From a virus: a DNA stretch of 64,000 bases. The position numbers and the translations under genes were made by a program. The number at the start of each line of letters is the position of its first letter. Positions within the stretch are counted from its first letter, which is position 1. The stretch lies in the IMG/VR virus record IMGVR_UViG_3300045988_117041; one strand, 5' to 3'. The notes under the pieces were generated by a model, which did no database searches, had not been told where the DNA came from, and saw only the letters and a list, made by a program, of their open reading frames with translations. Of this stretch, positions 8,803 through 17,089 are shown piece after piece.

Positions 8803-8995
8803 GTGTTCAAGCTAAGAAATTAGCTTACACAGTTCCCATTGAGGAATACCCCCAATTCAAAGGTCACGGTGTTGCAGATTAATCCTCCCGTGTTTGACAT
8901 GTTATCACCACTGTAAACGGTTCATAACCCACCGTGGCTTTTTCCACTCCTTGCCAGAGTGTGAGACACCTTTCTATAATGGATATGTATTGGGA

Positions 8996-9075
8996 GCAAG
9001 TGTCGTGTCGGACGACCTACAAGGTTTAGTATTCTCCTTTCCTAGTATGAATGGGTTCGATTCCCGTTACTTGCA
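8996..9075 (+). tRNA. tRNA-like element (class II, Tyr-GUA-like layout) with defective anticodon stem; possibly a pseudo-tRNA
   Basis: 7-bp acceptor stem (GCAAGTG/TACTTGC), U8, and a 3-bp D stem with GG in the loop. Canonical T arm ATGGG-TTCGATT-CCCGT and A73. The anticodon stem has only 3 WC pairs. The loop reads TAGTATT (A33, U37). There is a 12-nt variable region and no encoded CCA. Confidence 0.4.
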
Positions 9076-9187
9076 TTGACACCGTATGGTGGTTGATGGT
9101 TCGTGGTTGTACCTAGATACTACCTGTGTGAAGCGGTGTTACAATGTCTTGTCAACTTAATAACTAACTTCTCTTTCAGTAAGTATA

Positions 9188-9211
9188 AGTGGTTTTACCA
9201 CTGGTTTTCTT
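9188..9211 (+). terminator. hairpin terminator
   Basis: agtggt-ttt-accact followed by ggttttctt. Confidence 0.55.
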
Positions 9212-9222
9212 ACAACGGAATT

Positions 9223-9277
9223 AAGACCTATGCCTATAGAACACGTTAGCGTGTTGCGGGTGTAGGTCTTTTTCTTT
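9223..9277 (+). terminator. compound hairpin terminator
   Basis: aagaccta 9223-9230 pairs with taggtctt 9263-9270, enclosing the inner hairpin aacacg-ttag-cgtgtt. TTTCTTT follows. Confidence 0.65.
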
Positions 9278-9281
9278 GTGT

Positions 9282-9311
9282 TTGCTTTATACGTGTGGTA
9301 TGTGTTATACT
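9282..9311 (+). promoter_or_regulatory. promoter TTGCTT-N18-TATACT (TGn-extended)
   Basis: TATACT 9306-9311 preceded by TGT. TTGCTT 9282-9287. Confidence 0.55.
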
Positions 9312-9359
9312 GTTCCACGTAACAAATTTGTAACAAATGAAAAATGGAGGTTATACAGA

Positions 9360-10007
9360 ATGAAGAAAGCAGTAATACTAACACTGTGGTTAATAATCTT
9401 AACGTGTGTTTCATTTACCGCAGGAGCAGAAGAAAAGGAACCCGTAAACGTGATAACACTTGCAAGTGTCCCGGCAACAATACCATATGATTTAACTAAT
9501 GGTGTTAAAGAAAGTGTAGAAAATAGCGTTGCTTCTATTATAGAAGAAACACCAGCACCACAAGCCGAGATAGTTCCTAGAGAGGAACCAGTGCAAGAGT
9601 TTGTTCCTGTGATACCTCACACAGAGGAAGACGTGTATTTGCTGGCACAGTTGATTAACAGCGAAGCCGGGATAGAAAGTCCACAATGTCAAGCGTATGT
9701 GGCAAGTGTTGTTATTAATAGGTTGAATAGTCCAGAGTTCCCAAACACCATAGATGGTGTGATATTTGATAGAAAGTTTGGAGTTCAATTCAGTGTAACG
9801 TTGCGGAACAAAAAAGGACACAGACCCATTGATAACACCCCGTCCGAACAGCAGATACAAATAGCAAGGTATTGCCTAGATAACGGAAGTGTGTTACCAT
9901 CTGATGTATTAGTATTTTATTCTACCAGTTGTGATTCCGGGTGGGTAACAAGTAGAAAGAGGTTCACACAGGTAGACCACACTGTATTTTCATACAGCCA
10001 CAAATGA
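9360..10007 (+). CDS. secreted cell-wall hydrolase, SleB/Hydrolase_2-like
   Basis: The ATG at 9360 follows aatggagg. The N-terminal signal-peptide-like segment is MKKAVILTLWLIILTCVSFTAGA. The core reads EEDVYLLAQLINSEAG...AYVASVVINRLNSPEFPNTIDGVIF...QF. Confidence 0.75.
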   Translation: MKKAVILTLWLIILTCVSFTAGAEEKEPVNVITLASVPATIPYDLTNGVKESVENSVASIIEETPAPQAEIVPREEPVQEFVPVIPHTEEDVYLLAQLINSEAGIESPQCQAYVASVVINRLNSPEFPNTIDGVIFDRKFGVQFSVTLRNKKGHRPIDNTPSEQQIQIARYCLDNGSVLPSDVLVFYSTSCDSGWVTSRKRFTQVDHTVFSYSHK

Positions 10008-10025
10008 TTAAGGAGGATTTTAGTT

Positions 10026-10574
10026 ATGATTATGCCGAAACCCTATGAACTGTATTCACATTTTGGCACCAAAGAGGTGTACGTTGTAGTGTGTACCGGG
10101 TACTGCAAGAACATGGGTTACATGGTTACTTTAAGAGAAGTAGACTCTGAACTTGCAGACGATATTGTAGTTCCTGTTAAAGACTTCAATGAGGAATTAG
10201 AAGACAAGTACGACCAGCGTTATCCGTACAGCCGGGTTACTTTATCACACATTACACATAATCCCCGGCAGACACTTAGTGTCATTCCTACGTGTGAACT
10301 TGTCGCAGAACTTAATTCCCGTGGTGAAAGTTTCTATGGTATTGACCGTAGCATGATAGTAGACCACTACTATGATTTAGGCGTTAATATCCCTACTTTT
10401 GAGGACGGAGACTTTACGTTTATTAAACGGAAGGAGGCGCAGACAAAAGACCAGATGTTACAGACGTTACAGTCTATGGAGATTGAAGCACAGAATTGCG
10501 GTGGTAAACCAATAGCTGTAAGACACCATATTGTGATAGAGGTGAGAGACCCGGAGAGCGAAAGACCAATTTAA
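10026..10574 (+). CDS. hypothetical protein (182 aa)
   Basis: Strong SD taaggagga 8 nt upstream. Confidence 0.6.
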   Translation: MIMPKPYELYSHFGTKEVYVVVCTGYCKNMGYMVTLREVDSELADDIVVPVKDFNEELEDKYDQRYPYSRVTLSHITHNPRQTLSVIPTCELVAELNSRGESFYGIDRSMIVDHYYDLGVNIPTFEDGDFTFIKRKEAQTKDQMLQTLQSMEIEAQNCGGKPIAVRHHIVIEVRDPESERPI

Positions 10575-10633
10575 CATTATGTGCGCTACGTGCTATAATA
10601 CACGTATCGTTAAATATAGAAAGGAGTGATACA

Positions 10634-11740
10634 ATGGCAGTAAAGTTTAGAGTTAGACCAGAAAACAGTGTTAGTAATATTCCGGTTCCGTTTGAGACTG
10701 AAAGACAGCGGGAGATATTGATTCCAAACAAAGATAAACTTACTCTTGAGGACTTGTATAATAAGTCACGGGACATACAGAGTAAGTGCCAGGACGCAAG
10801 TGTGATACTCACCACACCAGACACGGTGCACTATGATAGTGACCGGGACGAGTTTAGTTTCGTGACTGATGAAGGTGTTTTCCACACACTTGTGACAGAC
10901 CATTCAAAATCACAAATGTGTAACAGACTGGGAATACCTGTACGTTTCTTGCAGAGATTACAAGGTGCTGGTCTTCATGAGTTAGCGTCTGAAAATATCA
11001 ACACCCTGTTTACCACGGGTGATATGAAACCTCTATTTTTGCGTATGTATACCGACACAGACAGACGTTATTTAAGAGGTATGCTTACACCGTCCTACAG
11101 TCCTATGGACACAGACGTAGTGTTAGACAGTGTTATGGAATCTGTAGCTGGGACAGATATTGAGAACTATAAGGTGAAATCCTTCACATTGACACCAGAG
11201 CGTTTTCACACACGACTGACCGGGCCAAAGTTAAACATTCCCGGTGAAGATTTATACTCCGGGATTCAGATTGATTCCTCAGACGTAGGTAAGTCCAGTC
11301 TGTCCGTGAAGTATTTGATATACAAGTTAGTGTGTAAGAATGGTCTTATGGTGGCGAAGAAAGACTTCACCCTGTTTGAGAGAGTACACAAAGGTATGTC
11401 ACCTTTAGAGTTTAGGGACAAGTTTGTTTCCTCTATAGAAAGACTTCCAGAGTTGGTAGCTGTAGCCGAACACTTAATAACGTCCACCATAACTAAAGGC
11501 GAAACCTACGACTTTGAGAATATGGAAGAAGATGTTATGACGCATTTTATTAAGAGTGTCAAACACAAGACCGCACTTTCAGATAAAAGTATGGATAAAG
11601 TAATTGAACTTATGCAGACAAGGTATACCCCTACACGCTGGGGACTTATCAATAGCATAACAGAAGTTGCGCAGGACTTCACTTTATCCAGACGGTTAGA
11701 GTTAGAGAAGATTGCGGGAGATATGTTGCTTGTTGCGTAA
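10634..11740 (+). CDS. DUF932-like phage/plasmid protein
   Basis: 368 aa with SD aaaggag. Recalled DUF932 hallmarks are present: LGIPVRFLQRL and ...LRGMLTPSYSPMDTDVVL. Confidence 0.55.
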   Translation: MAVKFRVRPENSVSNIPVPFETERQREILIPNKDKLTLEDLYNKSRDIQSKCQDASVILTTPDTVHYDSDRDEFSFVTDEGVFHTLVTDHSKSQMCNRLGIPVRFLQRLQGAGLHELASENINTLFTTGDMKPLFLRMYTDTDRRYLRGMLTPSYSPMDTDVVLDSVMESVAGTDIENYKVKSFTLTPERFHTRLTGPKLNIPGEDLYSGIQIDSSDVGKSSLSVKYLIYKLVCKNGLMVAKKDFTLFERVHKGMSPLEFRDKFVSSIERLPELVAVAEHLITSTITKGETYDFENMEEDVMTHFIKSVKHKTALSDKSMDKVIELMQTRYTPTRWGLINSITEVAQDFTLSRRLELEKIAGDMLLVA

Positions 11741-12125
11741 GCTAGAGTGTACAATAGAAGAAGACCTTAAGACGTTGGGTATTGTGCTTAATAGTACCCA
11801 ACTGGTCTTCAAGCCTTACAGTAAGTCCATGTATGCGTGTTACAGGGCCAAAACTGATAAAGTCTACCTGTATTTGTATCAAGACGCGGGAAAGACCAAA
11901 ATTTACGATTATAAACACTATCTCACACAGGTAGTACATGAAATGTGTCACGTCATTCAGTATTATGACCCGTTGTGGGTGCGCAAGAAAAATGTAATGC
12001 ACGATAATAAGTTCTGGGAAATGTTAGACCACTACTTATTAGAAGCAGAGCAGTTTTATTTATTTAATAAGGAGGTGATAGTTAAAGATGGCAAGTTCTT
12101 TACGTGCAAAAAGAACGAAGGTTGA
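11712..12125 (+). CDS. SprT-like HExxH metallopeptidase-domain protein (start uncertain)
   Basis: Contains VVHEMCHVIQY (HExxH). Several TTG/GTG start candidates and no clear SD. Confidence 0.5.
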   Translation: MREICCLLRKLECTIEEDLKTLGIVLNSTQLVFKPYSKSMYACYRAKTDKVYLYLYQDAGKTKIYDYKHYLTQVVHEMCHVIQYYDPLWVRKKNVMHDNKFWEMLDHYLLEAEQFYLFNKEVIVKDGKFFTCKKNEG

Positions 12126-12369
12126 ATTGAAAGACCTTCCTATTAAAGAAAAAGTAGAAACAGTAATCAGCAGAACGCTTTTAAATGCGTTTGCATGGCT
12201 GTTTGTGCTTATCACGGTAGTGTCCCTACTCAGCGTGTGTGTATTGCTGGTTTTAGTCATGTATAAAGTCTATTGTGAACAATACATGGACGCTGTTAAA
12301 CTATGTGTAGTGCTAGTTACAATGTTGTTAATTAACGTGGTCGTTGAACCACCGGAGAGAAAGGTTTAA
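12088..12369 (+). CDS. small membrane protein
   Basis: SD taaggagg. Two hydrophobic helices. Confidence 0.55.
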   Translation: MASSLRAKRTKVELKDLPIKEKVETVISRTLLNAFAWLFVLITVVSLLSVCVLLVLVMYKVYCEQYMDAVKLCVVLVTMLLINVVVEPPERKV

Positions 12370-12384
12370 AAAGGTGTTTGCAAA

Positions 12385-12723
12385 ATGACCGATAATGTGT
12401 TAGAATCTAACAGTAATCAGAAAACGTCCACAAACGAGGACACAACATTTGCCCAAGTGGTAGATATGTCCCGCGAAGATTTTAAAAAATATTGCGAGGG
12501 TATGAACGCAACGTTACTTTTAGGTCTTAGAAATTTACTGGCCTCCACCTACGTCAATGTAGAAAGTGCAAAAGACAAAGTTGTTGATATGATGGTGAAA
12601 GACGCTAAGGTGAAAGAAGACCCTGTATACCAGAAACACTTACAGGACTTATACTTATTGTTACAAGACCTAGAAGACAAGGCGGCCTACATACGTGCGT
12701 TATTAACTGCCCCGCTTAATTAA
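12385..12723 (+). CDS. hypothetical protein (112 aa)
   Basis: ORF with a weak SD aaaaagg. Codon usage looks consistent with neighbouring genes. Confidence 0.55.
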   Translation: MTDNVLESNSNQKTSTNEDTTFAQVVDMSREDFKKYCEGMNATLLLGLRNLLASTYVNVESAKDKVVDMMVKDAKVKEDPVYQKHLQDLYLLLQDLEDKAAYIRALLTAPLN

Positions 12724-12759
12724 TAGATTAGGACGCAGACGAGAAAGTGAAATGTGGTG

Positions 12760-12788
12760 TTGACACGCTGAATTTAGTGTGTTATAGT
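12760..12788 (+). promoter_or_regulatory. promoter TTGACA-N17-TATAGT
   Basis: TTGACA 12760-12765, TATAGT 12783-12788 preceded by TGT. Confidence 0.7.
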
Positions 12789-12832
12789 AACACCACAACA
12801 ACAAAAACACACCACGAAAAGGAGAAAAGAAA

Positions 12833-13879
12833 ATGAACAAAAAGTTACTGGGAGCAATCGAAGAAGCAATTAAGGGACTGAACATGGTTGCAGAGGCAAT
12901 CAAAGCAGAAGGTGCAGACGCAGACGAGAACAGCGCACCCGCAAAGAGAACACCAGCGGGAAGAAAAGCAAGTGAGAAGAAAGCACCTGCAAAGTCCGCC
13001 CCGGCGAAGAAGACCGCAGACGAGGACGAAGATGATTCTGCTGGTGAGTACACCTATGAAGAACTCATGGATATGCCGTACAACGACATGAAGAAGTACG
13101 CCAAGTCCGTTGGTGTTACTGCAATGGGTTCCCGTGAGAAGATTGTCAACGACATTCTTAAGACCTATGGTGTTGAAGCCCCGGACGAAGAAGATGAAGA
13201 CGAGGACGAAGCACCCAAGAAGAAAGCACCTGCTGGGAAGAAGACCACCGCAAGCAAGAAGTCTGCACCCGTTGAAGAAGAAGACGAGGAAGACGAAGAA
13301 GAAGATGAAGTGACCGCACAGGTCAACGAAGCTGTAAAAGACATGGAAGACAGCGAGATTGCAGAACTGCTTAAACAGGCGGGTCTTCCGTCCAAGGGTA
13401 AGAGAACTGCTTTGATTGCCCGTGTTATCAAAGGTGTTAAAGACGAAGTGATTGACCTGGACGGCGAAGAAGATGAAGACGAGGACGAGGAAAGTATCTA
13501 CGATTCTCTGAATGACTACGAGAACAATGAGGAAATCCCGGAGGAAAGAGCCGCCGCTATCAAGAAGTTTGAAGCCGCGACCAACAAGAAGGTAAAAGCA
13601 AAGACCTTGAAGATGGCTATGATTAAGAAAGCACTCACCGCGTACTATGGTGATGAAGCTGACCTGTCCGAAGCAGGTGACGAAGAACTGGTTGAAGCCT
13701 ATATTGATATGAAGTGTCGCTTCATTGATGATGAAGGTGATAACTATGAGGGCACAGACGACGCTTACTATGTGAATGGTATGCTTGCTTGCCACGGATA
13801 TATCTGCGAAGAATCCGAAGACGGTTCCTCTCTTGTTTGCCCGGTGTGCGGTGCCGAGTACGAGAACGAAGCCGAGTAA
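12833..13879 (+). CDS. highly acidic protein with two SAP/HeH motifs and a C-terminal zinc ribbon
   Basis: SD aaaaggaga. Motifs YAKSVGVTAMGSREKIVNDILKTYG and IAELLKQAGLPSKGKRTALIARVIKGV. D/E runs throughout. C-terminal C..C...CPVCG. Confidence 0.7.
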   Translation: MNKKLLGAIEEAIKGLNMVAEAIKAEGADADENSAPAKRTPAGRKASEKKAPAKSAPAKKTADEDEDDSAGEYTYEELMDMPYNDMKKYAKSVGVTAMGSREKIVNDILKTYGVEAPDEEDEDEDEAPKKKAPAGKKTTASKKSAPVEEEDEEDEEEDEVTAQVNEAVKDMEDSEIAELLKQAGLPSKGKRTALIARVIKGVKDEVIDLDGEEDEDEDEESIYDSLNDYENNEEIPEERAAAIKKFEAATNKKVKAKTLKMAMIKKALTAYYGDEADLSEAGDEELVEAYIDMKCRFIDDEGDNYEGTDDAYYVNGMLACHGYICEESEDGSSLVCPVCGAEYENEAE

Positions 13880-13936
13880 TAATACAGCCTGGGAAAGACC
13901 TAATCTATAATTTAATTTGTGCGCACATTTAAAACA

Positions 13937-13967
13937 AAGGGAAACGCTGACGAGTGTTTCCCTTTTG
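13937..13967 (+). terminator. rho-independent terminator
   Basis: aagggaaac 13937-13945 pairs with gtttccctt 13956-13964, followed by TTG. Confidence 0.8.
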
Positions 13968-13990
13968 TAATATAGAAAGGAAATACACAT

Positions 13991-14731
13991 ATGATGGAGT
14001 ATAGAAGAATACCCAAAGGTGGTCTTTTCATAGACACCAAAGACGTTGACGACAATCTTATGACGTACACCAAACTGTACAAGGACAGACACAACCAGAG
14101 TGAATCCCTGTGCGGTGAAGAAACTATCCGCAATCATAGACCGGGTGTTGTGAATGAGCCGTTATTTAATGTGATACGCGATAAGTTCCAGCGGGCCAAA
14201 GAAGACACCCCTATAACCTTCTATCGGAAACCGATTAAGCTGTACACGTCTATCCGGGAGACAGAACACACCAATTTGATTGTGTATGATAAGTGTATTC
14301 TGAAAGGTGAATATCCTGCATATCCGCAAGGGTTCCTGTATGATGGCAGTACAACGATAGAATCATATGACCGTGAGAATTTCTATGACCTTATCATGCT
14401 GTCGGCGTTTGAAACACTCAATACTGTAGTAAATAAGGAGTTAGTTCGTGTTGCGGATATAAGAAAAGACTATGTATCTCATTCAACACCACTTCCAATA
14501 GGTGCGTGTTATCTCAATGACTGTTACGTGGTAGTAACCACGCTTGCCATACATATGCCTTATTTTGCGCGGTTATCGGTGTCTTTAAATGAAAAGTATG
14601 ATATAATGCCATTGCATGAAATAAAGGATATGTTGCTTAATAACAGTGTTTGTTATCCTAACATGGGTGCGTTGTATGAGTTGTTCGCGTCCATGAATGA
14701 AATCAAAGGAGGAAAAGACCATGAGAGTTAA
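13991..14731 (+). CDS. hypothetical protein (246 aa)
   Basis: SD gaaagga upstream of ATGATG. Confidence 0.6.
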   Translation: MMEYRRIPKGGLFIDTKDVDDNLMTYTKLYKDRHNQSESLCGEETIRNHRPGVVNEPLFNVIRDKFQRAKEDTPITFYRKPIKLYTSIRETEHTNLIVYDKCILKGEYPAYPQGFLYDGSTTIESYDRENFYDLIMLSAFETLNTVVNKELVRVADIRKDYVSHSTPLPIGACYLNDCYVVVTTLAIHMPYFARLSVSLNEKYDIMPLHEIKDMLLNNSVCYPNMGALYELFASMNEIKGGKDHES

Positions 14732-15119
14732 TAACGTAACTACCGTGTCTGGAATGACCCGTAACGTGGAGAACATTTCCCACAAGCCGAGAAGGTTCCA
14801 GCACCAGATTGAAGAAGACATAAAAGCAGAGAAAGAGTTATATGGTGAGTCTGTAGCAGACGAGGAACCTCGCACCATTGAAACACCTTTGAATTACACA
14901 GGTGCAGTACCTAAGTTTATCACCAAAGAGAAAGCAATACACTACTTTGAACAGAACGCGAAGGGTGAAGTTGCGGAGTTATATATTAAGACCGCAATGT
15001 GGTTAAGACAGAGTTTGTCCAATAAGAAAGACTACCAGGAAGTGTTGAAAGCTGTGCAGAGTAAAGACCTGTCTTCAAGTAATGTAGAAGATTTATCGGA
15101 GGAAGAAGGTACTGTATGA
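14721..15119 (+). CDS. hypothetical protein (132 aa)
   Basis: The ATG at 14721 follows aaaggagga, in frame with track ORF 14697. Confidence 0.55.
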   Translation: MRVNNVTTVSGMTRNVENISHKPRRFQHQIEEDIKAEKELYGESVADEEPRTIETPLNYTGAVPKFITKEKAIHYFEQNAKGEVAELYIKTAMWLRQSLSNKKDYQEVLKAVQSKDLSSSNVEDLSEEEGTV

Positions 15120-16528
15120 TTTTCCATAAGTTGAAACCGCGCGGGTATTATGATTTAACACAGTACCGGGCCACGTCACCTATGTTCTCTGACTATACCA
15201 CACCTAAAATGTATGAAGCAGACGAGGTAATGTATTTAGTCCCAATGACCGCAAAGGAAGTGTTAGAAGACACGGAATACAAACACTTTAAAGACGCATT
15301 GGAACTGATTGAAGAAAAGCTGGATGGTAAGCGGGCCACGCTTCATATGTATTATGACGAGTTTTCATATTCCCGTGTGTTTGGGCGCAGTAAGAGTGTA
15401 GTCACTGAATGGCTATCAGAAGACACAGACCGTTTGCCACATTTGCGTGACCTAATATTTGATGAAGAATGGGCCGGGACTATAATTGACGGTGAGTTGA
15501 GAATACCCGGTTACGGGTTTAAAGAAGTGTCCAGTACCTTAAACTGTTTAGTAGAGGAAGCGATAAGCAGACAGCTTGAATACGGTCACGTTGTATTGAA
15601 CGCTTTTGACATTATGTATTATAAAGGTGAGTGTGTGGAGAACTTACCACTTATCAAGCGAAAAGAGTTGCTTCATGAGGTTATAGAAATGCTACAGTCA
15701 CCCTACGTCATAGAACACCCATACTACGAGGGAATATGTGAAGTGCAAGAACTGACCGATAAAGACGGTCAAAGACTGTTAAAAGACATTACAGAGCGTT
15801 CAGAGCATAGTCAATATGTGACGTTGTTCCGTGAGATAAACGCACAGCGAAAACACACAGAAGAAATCGGCACCTACAATTTAACACGCAAAGCATTTTA
15901 TGAGTATATTGTACTTACAGGTGGGGAAGGTGTTATGATTAAAGACCGCAACGGTGTGTATGAAGAAGATAAGCGCACAAGGGCTTATCAGAAGATTAAA
16001 AAGACTATGACTGTTGACGCTTTCATAATGGGATTCACACCACCCACCAAAGAGTACAAAGGTAAATTCCCAGACCCGCAAATTTGGCGTTATTGGGAAG
16101 ACGAAGACGAAGTGTTGTGGGACACCTCCATTGAGGAAGACCTTAAGTATGTAGAAGACAATGTGGTCAACTGTAAGCCCGTGTCCAAGTATTTTGCTGA
16201 AAACTGGGTAGGCACTATGCGTTTTGGTGTTATCATCACTAAAGACGAGATAAAGAAACTGCCTAAGAAAAAGAAGTTTGTGGTGGAAGACTTTGTGTTT
16301 AATGGTGTTGATGTTAAAGTAGTTGAAATAGGTGAGTGTTCCGGGTATGACGAAGACGTTAGAAAATACCTGTCTGATAATCCAGATTCACATATAGGTG
16401 AGACTGTAGAAATCAAGTGCAACGGTATATTTGATGATACAGGTAAGTTAAGACACCCCCGTTTTGTGAGATTCAGACCAGACAAGTTAAACACTGATTG
16501 TACATGGAGGGAACACATTGACAGGTAG
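15116..16528 (+). CDS. ATP-dependent DNA ligase
   Basis: Motif I EEKLDGKR (KxDG), motif IV GEGVMIKD, motif V YQKIKK, and a C-terminal OB-like LRHPRFVRFRPDK. Confidence 0.85.
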   Translation: MIFHKLKPRGYYDLTQYRATSPMFSDYTTPKMYEADEVMYLVPMTAKEVLEDTEYKHFKDALELIEEKLDGKRATLHMYYDEFSYSRVFGRSKSVVTEWLSEDTDRLPHLRDLIFDEEWAGTIIDGELRIPGYGFKEVSSTLNCLVEEAISRQLEYGHVVLNAFDIMYYKGECVENLPLIKRKELLHEVIEMLQSPYVIEHPYYEGICEVQELTDKDGQRLLKDITERSEHSQYVTLFREINAQRKHTEEIGTYNLTRKAFYEYIVLTGGEGVMIKDRNGVYEEDKRTRAYQKIKKTMTVDAFIMGFTPPTKEYKGKFPDPQIWRYWEDEDEVLWDTSIEEDLKYVEDNVVNCKPVSKYFAENWVGTMRFGVIITKDEIKKLPKKKKFVVEDFVFNGVDVKVVEIGECSGYDEDVRKYLSDNPDSHIGETVEIKCNGIFDDTGKLRHPRFVRFRPDKLNTDCTWREHIDR

Positions 16529-16641
16529 TGTAAATCGTGATAGACTTCTTGTGTTGACTTATATAGAAGCGGCTAAACCTAAGTCTGAAATGGCAAAAGT
16601 TTACCGTGACTTATGCAGACTGTACACAGGAGGACGACACC

Positions 16642-16998
16642 ATGAATGTAATTGCAATCAGAAGGAATAATACCTACAAATACCCATTAAGACGAAACAC
16701 CAAGTATGCCACTTGTGAAGGTGGTAAGCACCTAACCCGTTGGGACGTATTTAAAATGTGGGTGCGCAGAAGAATATATTTGCCAATACTATATGACCAC
16801 TTGCTGTATGGAGGTAAGCCAGAGTATGAAGATACTTGTTGTCCATTATGCGGTTGGGATACCTGTGATTCAGATTCCCATTGGTGGGTAGAAGGTTCAT
16901 CAAACCACTACAGCAATCCAGATGGGTATGAGAGTTGGACTACACACTATCTTTGTCCCAAGTGTGGCATACAGTTTCAGACCTTTGACAGCAATTAA
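16642..16998 (+). CDS. hypothetical Cys-rich protein
   Basis: The ATG at 16642 follows acaggagga. Contains CCPLCG...C and CPKCG pairs. Confidence 0.55.
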   Translation: MNVIAIRRNNTYKYPLRRNTKYATCEGGKHLTRWDVFKMWVRRRIYLPILYDHLLYGGKPEYEDTCCPLCGWDTCDSDSHWWVEGSSNHYSNPDGYESWTTHYLCPKCGIQFQTFDSN

Positions 16999-17046
16999 GT
17001 GCTGGAAATAAACTTAATAGTAGTGTATAATAAAGCCACGGTGATT

Positions 17047-17067
17047 AAAGCCGCTGGCTTTATTTTT
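17047..17067 (+). terminator. hairpin terminator
   Basis: aaagcc-gct-ggcttt followed by attttt. Confidence 0.65.
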
Positions 17068-17089
17068 ATGTAAGAAAGGGTGTGATTGT

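Larger units (their letters stand above)
8809..9211 (+). ncRNA. putative structured non-coding transcript of about 400 nt containing a tRNA-like element
   Basis: Has its own promoter and no SD-led ORF. A 5' stem aagctaa-GAAA-ttagctt sits at 8809-8826. cacggtg (8865) can pair long-range with caccgtg (8930). Terminator hairpins lie at 9188-9211 and 9223-9277. Confidence 0.4.

Noticed and set aside
8996-9075. tRNA-like 3' end as an attP core for integration into a host tRNA gene
   Set aside because: There is no integrase or excision module nearby or anywhere in the window. The element also has a complete 5' acceptor strand rather than just a 3' fragment. The idea cannot be excluded without the rest of the genome.
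8996-9075. Amber-suppressor tRNA explaining the in-frame TAG at 33808
   Set aside because: The loop contains no CUA anticodon, and TAG terminates many well-delimited genes here.
8894-9079. 61-aa + strand ORF
   Set aside because: It has no SD and runs straight through the tRNA-like element. It is treated as part of the ncRNA unit.
12845-14137. 430-aa minus-strand ORF, the longest antisense ORF in the window
   Set aside because: It lies exactly antisense to the acidic GAA/GAC/GAT-rich gene 12833-13879. The stop-free frame is a by-product of that codon bias. It has no SD, a low-complexity F/V/L-rich product, and would be the only long minus-strand gene.
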